Source: Squalus acanthias (taxonomy: Eukaryota). From it: a DNA stretch of 64,000 nucleotides. Under the pieces are notes generated by a model. That model ran no database searches and was not told the origin of the DNA. It saw only the letters and a list, made by a program, of their open reading frames with translations. Below, in pieces: positions 11,325 to 22,903 of this stretch (position 1 is its first letter; every line of letters begins with the position of its first letter). The translations under genes and the position numbers were made by a program. Location: the NCBI GenBank assembly GCA_030390025.1, contig CM059432.1, positions 148,554,001 through 148,618,000 on the forward strand. The letters run 5' to 3'.

Positions 11325-13648
11325 ATAGAATCATACAGCACAAAAGGAGGCCATTCAGCCCATCGCACCTGGGCTGGCTCTTTGAAAGAGATACCAATTA
11401 GTCCCACTCCCCTGCTCTTTCCCCCTTCAAATATTTATCCAATTCTCTTTTGAAAATTACTATTGAATCTGCTTCCACCACCCTTTAAGCAGTGCATTTC
11501 AGTTCACTCCAGATCTGCTAACGTGGTACCCTTGTTTAAAAAGGGAGAAAAGGATAGACCGAGTAATTACAGGCCAGTCAGCCTAACCTCGGTGGTGGGA
11601 AAATTATTGGAAAAAATTCTGAGGGACAGGATAAATCTTCATTTAGAAAGACACGGATTAATCAGGGACAGTCAGCATGGATTTGTTAAGGGAAGGTCGT
11701 GTCTGACTAACTTGATTGAATTTTTTGAGGAGGTAACAAGGAGGGTCGATGAGGGTAGTGCGTTTGATGTAGTCTATATGGATTTTAGCAAGGCTTTTGA
11801 TAAGGTCCCGCATGGCAGACTGGTCACGAAAGTAAAAGCCCATGGGACCCAAGGCAAAGTGGCAATATGGATCCAAAATTGGCTCAGAGGCAGGAAACAA
11901 AGGGTAATGGGCAAAGGGTGTTTTTGTGACTGGAAGGCTGTTTCCAGTGGGGTTCCGCAGGGCTCAGTACTGGGTCCTTTGCTTTTGTGGTATATATCAA
12001 TGATTTGGACTTGAGTGTAGGAAGTATGATTAAGAAGTTTGCGGATGATATAAAAATTGGCCATGTGGTTGATAATGTAGGATAAAGCTGCAGACTGCAG
12101 GAAAATATCAACAGACTGGTCAGGTGGGCAGAACAGTGGCAAATGGAATTCAATCTGGAGAAGTGTGAGGTAATGCATTTGGGGAGGGCTAACAAGGCAA
12201 GGGAATACACTATAAATGGTAGGACACTGAGAAGTGCAGAAGATCAGAGGGACCTTGGAGTGCATGTCCACAGATCCCTGAAGGTAGCAGGACAGGTAGA
12301 TAAGGCGGTTAAGAAGGCATAAGGGATACTTGCCTTTATTAGCCGAGGCATAGAATATAAGAGCAGGGAGGTTATGCTTGAACTGTATAAAACGCTAGTT
12401 AGGCCGCAGCTAGAATACTGCGTGCAGTTCTGGTCACCACATTACAGGAAGGATGTGATTGCTCTAGAGGGGGTGCAGAGGAGATTTACGCGGATGTTGC
12501 CTGGGCTGGGGAATTTTAGCTATGAGGAAAGATTGGATAGGCTGGGGTTGTTTTCTTTGGAACAGAGGAGGTTGAAGGGAAACCTAATTGAGGACCTTAA
12601 ATCTGTGTCCTCTGGTTACCGACCCTTCTGCCACTAGAAACAGTTTCTCTTTATTTACTCTATCAAAACCGTTCATGATTTTGAACACCTCTAACAAATC
12701 TTCTCTACTTGAAGGAAAATAACCCAGCTTCTCCAGTCTCTCCATATAACTGAAGTCCCTCATCCCTGGCACCATTCTAGTAAATCTCTTCTGCACCCTC
12801 TCCAAGGCCTTGACATCCTTCCTGAAGTGCGGTGCCCAGAATTGAAAACAATACTTCAGCTGAGGCCTAATCAGTGATTTATAAAGGTTTAGCATAACAT
12901 CTTTGATTTTGTACTCTATGCCTCTATTTATAAAGCCCAGGATCTTGTATGCTTTTTTTAACAGCCTTCTCAACTTGTCCTGCCACCTTCAAAGATTTGT
13001 GTACGTTCACCCCCAGGTCTCTCTGCTCCTGCACCCCCTTTAAAATTGTACCACTTAGTTAATATTGCCTCTCCTCATTCTTCCTACCAAAATGTATCAC
13101 TTCACACTTCTATGCATTAAACTGCATCTGCCACGTGTCTGCCCATTTCACCAGTCTGTCTATGTCCTCCTGAAGTTACTATCCTTCTCATTGTTTACTA
13201 CATTTCTGAGTTTTGTGTCATCAAAACTTTTAAATGATGCCCTGTATACCCAAGTCCAGGTCATCAAAAAGAGCAGTGGTCCTAATACCAACCTCTGGGG
13301 AACACCAGTCTGAAAAACAACTCTTCACCATTACTCTCTGCTTTCTGTCCCATAGTCAATTTTGTATCCATGCTGCCACTGTCCCTTTAATCCCATGGGC
13401 TATAATTTTGCTAACAAGGCATCACATATACACATCAACCGGACTACCTTCATCAACCCTCTCCATTACTTCCGCAAAGAACTCAATCAAGTTAGTCAAA
13501 CACGATTTGCCTTTAACAAATCCGTGCTGACTTTCATTTATTAGCCCATCATTTACCAAATGCAAATTAATTTTTTCCCCCGGATAATTGTCTCTCAAAC
13601 TTTCCCCACCACCGATCTTACGCTGACTGGCCTGTAGTTGCCGGGTTG
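11325..13648 (-). mobile_element. CR1 LINE (tail 11325-11502, body 12594-13648) interrupted by an opposite-strand CR1 fragment
   Basis: Colinear with the CR1 copy at 42936-43480 across the interruption; ORF 12584-12973. Confidence 0.85.
11513..12593 (+). mobile_element. CR1 RT fragment without 3' tail
   Basis: ORFs 11463-12014 and 12374-12637 with RT motifs; frameshifted. Confidence 0.9.
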
Positions 13649-14912
13649 GTCAAATGTCTGTAAGCAAAGAGTGGTTTTAAATGGGGCTACTTCCCAATGG
13701 GATGCCCAGGGTTTGGTGCTAGCTCTGCTTATGGTCATTTAGTGACTATCTGGTGCAGGGCATATGTAGTACAGTTATTAAATTCATGTATAATACTAAA
13801 TTGTGCGGTAGAGTCAGGACCTTAGAAGGAGGGACTAGATAGCAGCTGGATTTGGATAGCGTGGTACCTCAAGAGGACAATTTGGCTCTGAGATGGTATA
13901 GAGAAGGGCACCAAGCATGGTCTTCAGCCTGCGTGCACTGAGCTACGACGATAGACTTCGAGCCTTAGGGCATCTTGAGGTTTACCTGTGAGGGATGGGA
14001 GAGCAATCTTTGACAGATTCCTGAATTGCCTTCAGGTTTTTGAGTTTTTTTGCCTCTTCCAAGAGGTGGGAGGTTGGGGGAAGGGTTGGTACATTGGAAC
14101 AAGTCTAGCAAAAAAGTGGGGCAAGTGCGTAAGGGTCTGATGGCCTTTTCTCATCCTAAATACATAGCATAATATAGGTTTCGCACTCTGTGCAAATGAC
14201 AAGTTAAACCAGCAAACATGATAACATGTCATTACTTTTAACATACAAAATTTTCTGAAGTGATATTGAGTATGAAAATCACATGAGCATTGAGATGAAA
14301 AATAATGCACTTCCCCTTCACAGTTAGATCGAAGGATAATTACTCAACAAGGTTCTGCACTTCACAGTCACAATCTATCCATCCATCACTACTGAAATTA
14401 GCCCATTATCCAAATTGTCTTTAGATTATTTTCAGTACTTAAATGGTTTGGCACATTTTTCAATCAATTACTCAGCAATTTCAACTTGATAGCACTGTAA
14501 AGGATTACTTTGTGACTGGTTATTAAAATGAGATCTTCATTAAGTCTTTAATCTACCAAAGACTTTGCCAGCTTTCTATTCTTACACAACATCCCCTGAA
14601 ATAGTATCTGTGAATTATTAATGTCAGAATGTCACTCTGTCAGAAAGTGATGCTTCAGATAAAGAACCATCAAATTCCAGTGTCTGTGGAATGAAGTCAA
14701 ACAATGAGCTTGGGTTGACTTGGTTTGGTTTGGACATAGGAGAGCAATTGCTGCCCTCAAGGGGGTTACAGTGGATGGATTTACCTGTTGCTGACCATGG
14801 TGTGAGTCTCCTTAGAACTTGCATTTCATTTAGGAAAATTATAGTAACAAGTGTAAGCAAGAACATGAAATGTAGCATTTGTTGAACTTAAATATTCTGA
14901 TCTAAGTTTCAC

Positions 14913-15065
14913 CTGGTTTCGCTGAGCCAGTTTATGTCCCTTCCTCCAGCGCAGAATTGGTTTTAAAGCTGGAAGCTCCTTTTCAGGCACGCCACCAATT
15001 ATGTGCTTGCCCAAGTTGTATGTCACTTCAAAAACAATTGGTGTTATCACGTCCTTCACTTCCCG
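14913..15065 (-). CDS. ITGA9: Integrin alpha-9-like internal coding exon (153 nt, phase 0/0)
   Basis: Acceptor tgcttctttctacAG, donor CAG|GTgaaa; peptide REVKDVITPIVFEVTYNLGKHIIGGVPEKELPALKPILRWRKGHKLAQRNQ aligns with recalled human ITGA9 RRVQDVISPIVFEAAYSL...ELPPLTPVLRWKKGQKIAQKNQ. Confidence 0.92.
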
Positions 15066-15823
15066 CTGTAGAAAGAAGCAAATGGTCGTCTTAAGAAACT
15101 GCGCAACAAGGCATAACAGGAAACTCCTACAAGAAGCTCTGAGACAATTGGATCAACAACTACTAAGATGTTCTTATTATGTGACAAAACAGCACTTACT
15201 CATCAGTTACTATTGGGGCCTTACAGCCAATTCAAGGCAGAAATTAAATCAAGTCTCTGCAAATAAAGGCTGGCTCCTCTTGTTTACAGTGCTGTAAGAA
15301 CCAGGCTTAGCCCTCTTCCAGGATGTTTCATCCATCTTGCCCCTGTGTATTTTTCAGCTGGATGGTCTTCAACAGTGCGATTGCTCGGTTTACACCGGCT
15401 GATGATAGTCACAGCTTAAATGGATTGAAAACTCCTGAAAGGACCTCTGTACATCATTGAAGTCAAGAATACAAACTCTCATCCCGCCACGTGACTCTGC
15501 GCCCTACTCTGCATCGAAATGTGATGGTTAGTCACCAGCAAGAAGCCACAAGTTAGGTGAATAAACAGCAACAGAGGGAGAGCTCAGATCTGAAGTGCTA
15601 AACAATTCAAACACACGGCCCAAACGGCAGCAAGCAGTGCCGAGGGAACAAAAGGTTTTGTCTCTTTACTTTGGCACATCACTGTCTTCCTTCTCCCTTC
15701 CCTACCGCATGCACAAGCTCCTTCGGCGGCAGTGTTCTCCACAACTGCCACCTTTGCTGCTATGTCAAGGAAAAGCTTGAAGTCGCACAACACCAGGTTA
15801 TAGTCCAACAGCTTTATTTGAAA

Positions 15824-15860
15824 TCACAAGCTTTCGCAGCGCTGCTCCTTCGTCAGGTGA
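15824..15860 (-). ncRNA. Minimal hammerhead motif, inverted copy with one stem II mismatch
   Basis: Reverse complement of 15875-15911 with one substitution. Confidence 0.65.
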
Positions 15861-15874
15861 AGTCAACTTCACCT

Positions 15875-15911
15875 TCACCTGACGAAGGAGCAGCGCTCCG
15901 AAAGCTTGTGA
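15875..15911 (+). ncRNA. Minimal type I hammerhead ribozyme motif
   Basis: tcac-CTGACGA-a-ggagc(agc)gctcc-GAAA-gc-TT-gtga. Confidence 0.8.
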
Positions 15912-16639
15912 TTTTAAATAAAGCTGTTGGACTATAACCTGGTGTTGTGCGACTTCTCACTTTTGTCCACCCCAGTCCAACACCGGCATCTCCGCATCAA
16001 GGGAAAGCTTGACAACAGCAGACTGAGATGACCAACCCAGAGTTTACAGATTCGACTGTCAGCCGGCTGCGTGGCCACTTTGCAAACAATTCATGTACAG
16101 CGTCGGCATCCGGCCTCCCCACTGCAACGCTGCTCTGAAGTGAATTCAGAGAAATGCAGTGAAACAAGCAATGTCAATATGAACAGAGCCGAAAGCTCAC
16201 AACTCAAGCAAAAATTCTCAGCTGCAGGAAGGTGAGACAAATGCTTTACCAAATGCTGCGCAGGAAATGCTTCAGATTTATTTTAAATTCATATCACATC
16301 TCACTCTATTTCTATTACATGTCAAAATAAACTGTAAAGTTGACAAAACTGAACTGTGCATCTCTATTTCTCCACAGTTACAGAAGTAAACCCTTGGCAC
16401 CCGTGTGTGGTGAGACTCTTCCTATTCCTGGACCTGGGTGTAAAAAATCACCTGGAACGCAGCACGTGGAGAAACACCAGGTGGGGAGGACCAGACACTC
16501 ACCTGCTGTGCTTTATGTCCAGGTGATCGAATACGATTTAGACATTGGAATCAAAAACACAATTTCTAAATTAGCGGATGACACCAAATTGGGGGGATAG
16601 CCAACACTGAGGAGGACTGCAACAAATTACAGGAGGACA

Positions 16640-16803
16640 CAGAATCACAGAATCCCCACAGTGCAGATAGAGGCCATTTCGGCCCATCGAGCCTGCACCG
16701 ACACATATCCCACCCTATCCCCGTAACCCCACGTATTTAATCCCCCTAACACTAAGGGTCAATTTATCATAGCCAAATCAACCTAACCCGCACATCTTTG
16801 GAC
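16640..16803 (-). mobile_element. HE1-like SINE 3' part nested in CR1
   Basis: CR1-type tail (acagaatc)2 plus ctaacccgcacatctttggac body; ggaca duplicated at the ends. Confidence 0.65.
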
Positions 16804-17148
16804 ATTAATAAACTTACAGAATGGGCATATAATTGTCAAATGAAGTTCAACACAGATAAATGTGAGGTATTACATTTTGGTAGGAAGAATAGGGGAGGTC
16901 ACTTATCACTTGGAGGGTGCGAGTCTAGGTGGGGTAGAGGAACAAAGGGATCTCAGAGTACAAATACACAAATCACTAAAAGTAGCGACACAGGTTAGCA
17001 AGGCCATAAAAAAAGCAAACCAAGCACTAGGGTTTATTTCTACAGGTATAGAATTGAAAAGTAGGGAAGTTATGCTAAACCTGCATCGAATCTTGGTTAG
17101 ACCACACTTGGAGTACTGCGTACAGTTCTGGTCGCCATATTATAAAAA

Positions 17149-17316
17149 TGAGAAGTCGCACAACACCAGGTTATAGTCCAACAGATTTATTTAATTTTAC
17201 AAGCTTTCGGAGCTGTCGCTCCTTCGTCAGGTAAGTTAGCAATGAGAGAATCTCCCAGAATTCACAATTTAAACCCAGACAAAATCTATTCACATTATTC
17301 GCTACAACAAAGAGCA
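17149..17316 (-). mobile_element. Penelope-like pLTR fragment with hammerhead (17197-17234)
   Basis: 13-bp TSD catattataaaaa (17136-17148 / 17317-17329); ttac-CTGACGA-aggagc(gaca)gctcc-GAAA-gc-TT-gtaa on minus. Confidence 0.8.
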
Positions 17317-18224
17317 CATATTATAAAAAGGATATAGAGGCACTGGAGAGGGTGCAGAGAAGATTTACAAGGATGATACCAGAAATGCGAGGGTATACAT
17401 ATCAGCAAAGGATGAACAGGCTGGGTCTCTTTTCTCTTGAAAAAGGCTGAGGGGCGACCTAATAGAGGTCTTTAAAATTATGAAAGGTTTTGACAGAGAG
17501 AATGTTTCCACTTGTGGGGAAGAGCATAACTAGAGGCCATCAATATAAAATAGTCACCAAGAAATCCAATAGGGAATTCAGAAGAAATTTCTTTACCCAG
17601 AGAGTGGTGAGAATGTGGAACTCGCTACCACAGGGAGTGGTTGAAGCGAATAGTATAGATGCATTTAAGGGGAGGCTGGACAAGCATATGAGGGAGAAGG
17701 GAATAGAGGGTTATGCTGATGGATTTAGATGAGGAAAGACGGGAGGAGGCTCGAGTGGAGCATAAACGCCGGCATGGACTGGTTGGGCCAAATGGCCTGT
17801 TTCTGTGTTGTATAGCCTATGTAATCCTATGTAACTATGTTATACAACCAGGTACAGGAACAGGTAAATCAGACCCACCATTTTTTTACATTATCAGTGT
17901 ATTGCAGTATAGAGCCTATCTGCTTTTAATCAGTATTAGGTATTTCTGCCCCACACCCACCTTTGTCACAGTTACATACATCAGAACAGAGAAACCATGG
18001 AATGAATAAAGAATCGGGCCTATAAGCCCTTCCTTTATACAGATCTAATGTAGTGTGCCATATCATTGGTTCTACCTCGTTCAGCTGAGGGACATAAGCA
18101 AACTTCTAAGATGAAGTTCTGTAAAATTTCTCCCCAACCCCCTAAAAGCAAAGCTTAAAGATGTCAATTTTACATTACAGCCAAAACGTTACAGCTGTCA
18201 TGTTCCAGAGCACTCCGAGCTTTT

Positions 18225-19079
18225 GGGCTGGATTTTCAATGCCCCGTGGAGTCGGGTTTGGAGTCGGGGGGGGGGGGGGGGTGGGTTAAAGTTGCAGATT
18301 CGGGGGTCCCGACCCCATCCCGCCTCCAACCCGCCTCCATGCCAGTTTCTCTGGCGGCGGGTACCCGACCTGTTCTGGGACCCGACTCCCCGAGGCGGGA
18401 AGGGATTAGTGACAATTAACTGCCTGTTAACAGGTAGTTAACAGGCAGTTTTTTTGCATAATCCCTATTTTAAAAAGAAAAGTGTGGGCTTCCCGACAGG
18501 TGGCAACCACGCCAAGTTATCGGGGCGGGCCGTGGGTCTGCAGGGGTTGGAGGGGTCGATATGTCCAGTGGGCAGGTGAGTGATGGGTGCATGTGTGCAG
18601 AGGTAAGTGTGTAAGGTAAGTGCTAAGTGTGGGAAAAAGTTTTACTTACCTTAACTTCCTCCTGCAGGTGTCAGCCCTTCAGTTCTCGGGAGTTAGAAAT
18701 CTCACCGGCACAGAAAGCAGGAAAACCGTGGTTCTGTCAAAAACTGCAGCCTTCTGTTTTCTGTGCTGGAATGATTTCTAACTCAGCCTGAGAGGAAGGA
18801 CTGAAGTTAGAAATCATATTGTCAGTGTTTGACAGCTTCACAGAGCTGTCAAACGCTGATATTTCATCTGTCAAAAGCTCTTGACAGATGAAATGTCAGT
18901 CTGTGACGTCACCTGTTGCCGGGTGGCCCTTAATTGGCCTGCTGAGCCCACTGGGCGGGCTCAACAAGGTCAATCAAGGGAAAATACAGTGGGTTGGCCA
19001 GATCTCGATGGAGGCGGGTTCACAAGCCAGAATGTGTGATTCCCGACCCCAACCCGACCCCAGTTTCAAAATCCAGCCC
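18225..19079. mobile_element. Harbinger-type MITE (gggctggatttt family)
   Basis: TIR gggctggatttt / aaaatccagccc; TTT TSD. Confidence 0.85.
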
Positions 19080-19659
19080 TTTGTGTTCCATGCAGCAATT
19101 GGTAAATTGAATTATGAATAAACAAAATCCACCCTTTTGGTGAGTTTCATTTATACTAAATTTTCTAAAGCCAGAGAAGAGTTCCCATCAACATAGGCAC
19201 TGGTGAGCTCCATACTCAAAATTCTGATGGTGAATTAACATGGCCACCAACCTATTTATCTCCTTATCACCTGGGAGCGAGTTAAAATCTGCTCCACTTC
19301 AACTGGCCCTCCACCAAACAAAATAGCCTTGCTCTTCCTATTAGGCCACAGTTGGCTCATGTAAATGGATTTCCATTTAACCTCAGGTTGTCTGGTGCAC
19401 TTCAGAGTAAGGGAGTGCCTTTAATCGGGAATATAAATCATGTTCAACCTGCACGGCCCATAATATAGTGGCTTTGCTCCTCCAATACATTAAAGGGAGG
19501 CTCTTTTGTTATTTCTGGCACAGTGAACAAAACTGTTCCTTTGCAAGGTTTAGCTACTGACAAAATAAACCACATGGAAAGTACTTGAAAAAGCTTTTAG
19601 AAATAGGCAATGGCAATGTCATTGTTTTATACAGTGTTGTACCAGGGATGTTCGGACAG

Positions 19660-20030
19660 AAAGAAAAATAATTTGCATTTCTATAGCGCCGTTTACTACC
19701 TCAGATCATCCCAAAGCGCTTTACAGCCAATGAAGTACTTTTGAAGTGTAGTCACTGTTGTAATGTAGGAAACGGGGCAGCCAATTTGCGCACAGCAAGC
19801 TCCCAGATAACCTGTTTTACTGATATTGGTTGTGGGGTAAATATTGGCCAGGACACAGGGGCGATCTCCTCTTCTCTTTGAAATAGTGGGATCTTTTGTG
19901 TCCATCTGAGAGGGAAGACAGGGCTTCGGTTTAACTTCGCATCCAAAAGACAGCACCTCTGACAGTGCAGCACTCCGAAGCACAGCCTGGATTATGTGCT
20001 CAATCTCTGGACTGTACTTGGGACTTGAAC
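19660..20030 (-). mobile_element. Deu-domain SINE (SacSINE1-like)
   Basis: Reverse-complement homolog of 39507-39980. Confidence 0.8.
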
Positions 20031-20059
20031 CATCCCTCTCTACCTAACATCTGTCTGAG

Positions 20060-21600
20060 GCTGATCCAGACTGTTCGCAACCTTGGTGTCATATCTGATC
20101 CTGAAATGAGCTTCTGACCACATATCCTCGCCATAACTAAGACTGCTTATTTCCACCTCCGTAACATCACCCGACTCCGCCTCTGCCTCACCTCATCCGC
20201 TGCTGAAACCCTCATCCGTGTCTTTGTTACCTCTAGACTTGACTATTCCAACGCACTCCTGGCTGGCCTCCCACGTTCTACTCTACGTAAATTTGAGGTC
20301 ATCCAAAACTCTGCTGCCTGTGTCCTAACTTGCACCAAGTCCCCTTCACCCATCACCCATGTGCTCGCTGACCTACATTGGCTCCCGGTTAAGCAACGCC
20401 TCGATTTTTAAAATCTCATCCTTGTTTTCAAATCCCTCCAGGGCCTCGCCCCTCCCTATCTCTGTAAACTCCTCCCAGAGATATCTGCGCTCCTCTAATT
20501 CTGCCCTCTTGAGCATCCCTGATTTTAATCGCTCAACTATTGGTGGCCGTGCTTTCAGTTGTCATAGACTTTATCTCTGGAATTCCCTGCCTAAACCTCT
20601 CCGCCTCTCTACCTCTCTTTCCTCCTTTAAGAAACTCCTTAAAACCTACCTCTTTGACCCTAAGGGGGAGAAATTGAATCGCGCCCCCTTTGGGGTGCTA
20701 ACTTCGCTGGGGCGATACTTTTAGTGCCCCGGAAAAATATGCGCACCCGCAGCCGAAATTGAGTGGTAATGCCCCAAGAGGGATGCGGGGCGTTATTGGA
20801 AGCGCCCCGCCTCCTTCTTGGGGCGCTGCGAGGGAATATCGCGCGCTACGTGCCGCAGCGTCACGCGCTGCAGCACGTCGCGCCGCGGTATTGCAGGCCT
20901 TCCTCCCCTTCTTAAAGGGGAGGGGCCTTGCGCAGCGCGACCCGGGGCCCAGCTGGGCCACCGGGGATCGGAGTGCCAGCAAAAGAGCCCGGCACTCAAG
21001 AGAAGTGCCGGGCTCATGGAGCGCAGCCAGCACTCCGCGGGGGGGCGGATCAGGAGGCCGGGGACGGGAGCGGGGGCAGGTGCTGGCAGGCGGCCAGCAA
21101 CAAAAATGGCCTCCCGGCACCTCGCCTTTAATTAGCGCCGCCCCGGCTGCAGGTAGGCCCCCCTGACCCCGTCGGACATAGCATCCGGCGGTAAGTCAGG
21201 GGGCGCTACCGAAGATCGCGGCTGGGGCGCTGCGCACGGCGATGATGTCATTGCCGGCGGCGCAGCGCCGTGGGGCGCTAACGGTTAGCGCCACCGCTAA
21301 CCTCCTGCTGAATTTCATGGGAGGCGTTGGCGGCACCGCGCCCAGGCACCAGTTGCTTTGCGCCCCATTAGCGCCCTCTTAGGGAGGCGCAAAGCAAACA
21401 ATTTTTTTCCCCCTAAACCTCTCCGCCTCTCTACCTCTCTTTCCTCCTTAAAACCTACCTCTTTGACCAATCTTTTGGTCATCTGCGCTAATTTCTCCTT
21501 ATGTGGCTGGGTATCAAATTTAGTTTTTTAACACTCCTGTGAAGCGCCTTGGGACGTTTTACTACGTTAAAGACACCTTATAAATACAAGTTGTTGTTAT
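20060..21600 (+). mobile_element. L2 LINE 3' region, interrupted by a MITE
   Basis: Encodes ETLIRVFVTSRLDYSNALLAGLP; tail gtgaagcgccttgggacg...aagttgttgtt. Confidence 0.85.
20664..21413. mobile_element. GC-rich Harbinger-type MITE
   Basis: TIR gggggagaaattg / caatttttttccccc; TAA TSD; subterminal gcgcccc motifs shared with 54897-58310. Confidence 0.85.
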
Positions 21601-22705
21601 CTCTTAAGCTCTCATCCTTGGATCCTTATACATCTCATCCCAGTATCCTTCATCCTTCTATCTCCATACTCCAGTATTCCCATATCCCTGTATCTCTGCA
21701 CCAGAACCTGTTCATGTGTTGAGTTTCAATGTTAATTAAACTGATAAACAGGCTGTATTGCAAATGAGTGTGAAAAAACAGTGTTTTACCAGATTGCAGC
21801 TCACTGAAGTCCCTCCCCAGAGCGTCATGAGCAGATACATACCTTTAATAGCTCCTGTCACCTTCATTCATTCAATGGGTAGTTCTGCATAATTATTTTA
21901 AATTAAATTATATCAAAAGTTATTAGCTCACTGGACACTAATTAAATTAGGAGAGTAAAGTTCAAAATCCCAAGTTAATGCCTCATTAAATGAAGCTTTC
22001 TATGACAGACCGATTTAACTTAAAGTATGGACTATACTCTAATCATACTGTTTAACAAAATAATAGAGCATTGTGTTAAATTGCATTAACAACTAGGAGA
22101 CATCAAGTTTATCTCTGAATCTCTCATCTACAAATCCCAATATCCTGCATCCCCATCTTTCTGTATTCCAATCTTTCTCTGTCTCCATATCCCTACACGT
22201 CTGCATTCCCTTGCCATTTAGTTTGATTCTGGCTAAAATGAAGGCTTCTCTCTCTGGGTAAAACTCATCTAATATCTTCGTTATGGCGGTAACTTTATAA
22301 TTGAGCTGCTCTTTAAAACTGGCTTAGTCTGGAATAGCCAGATCCAGTGATGTAGGATAAAGTTTACAAGCTAACGTTCTCAGTGCGGAGCCTCGGAGGC
22401 GGTCCGATTGGACAACTCAGCATGTAGGGCAGCAACTCTAATGTTACAGTCATTAAAAATAATAGCCAGAAATTAGTGAGAGCTGCAAATCGAGCACACT
22501 GATCTACCTGCCCACCTGTCCCATCAGCCCGCCCAGCATGCAAGTCTCTGTGCCAGGACACTAATGTATACACTTTTACCCATATCTGCTGCAATACAAG
22601 CTGGAATTAGCGTCCAGACAGAAAGTAATACACACAATATCAATCACAATCAGTGGCATCACTATGTTGTGACTCAGCCTGGTCACCTGTTCAATGAAGA
22701 CCTGG

Positions 22706-22903
22706 AATGGCTGTTGGTCATGATGGCTGTCTGGAAAGACCATTTGCCATTGAAATTCAGGGAAGCAGTGACTTTCACTGCCACGGGGGGTGCGTTACAG
22801 GCAGGCACCTGCAATGCACCAGCAATTGCTGTGAAAGTGACTGCTTTCCTGAAGTTCAGCGGCAAACGGTCCTGCCAGACAACAGTAGTGGGCAACAGCC
22901 ATT
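22706..22903. repeat. Long inverted repeat (96-bp arms, 6-nt loop) of Harbinger-transposase-like sequence
   Basis: Ungapped arm alignment, 73/96 identical by hand count; both arms translate to AVKVTA.L.F....S.QT. Confidence 0.8.

Larger units (their letters stand above)
15781..15996 (+). mobile_element. Penelope-like element remnant: pLTR with inverted 5' copy
   Basis: About 84-bp inverted arms; flanked by tcaagg(a/g)aaagcttga direct repeat (15765-15780 / 15997-16012). Confidence 0.75.
16530..17840 (+). mobile_element. CR1 3' half with two nested insertions
   Basis: [39 protein letters not shown]; tail cctatgtaatcctatgtaa. Confidence 0.9.

Noticed and set aside
14624..14885. Short ORFs on both strands next to the ITGA9 exon
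   Set aside because: No domain similarity and weak splice signals
20698..21166. GC-rich overlapping ORFs or a CpG-island promoter
   Set aside because: Lies wholly within a TIR/TSD-bounded MITE
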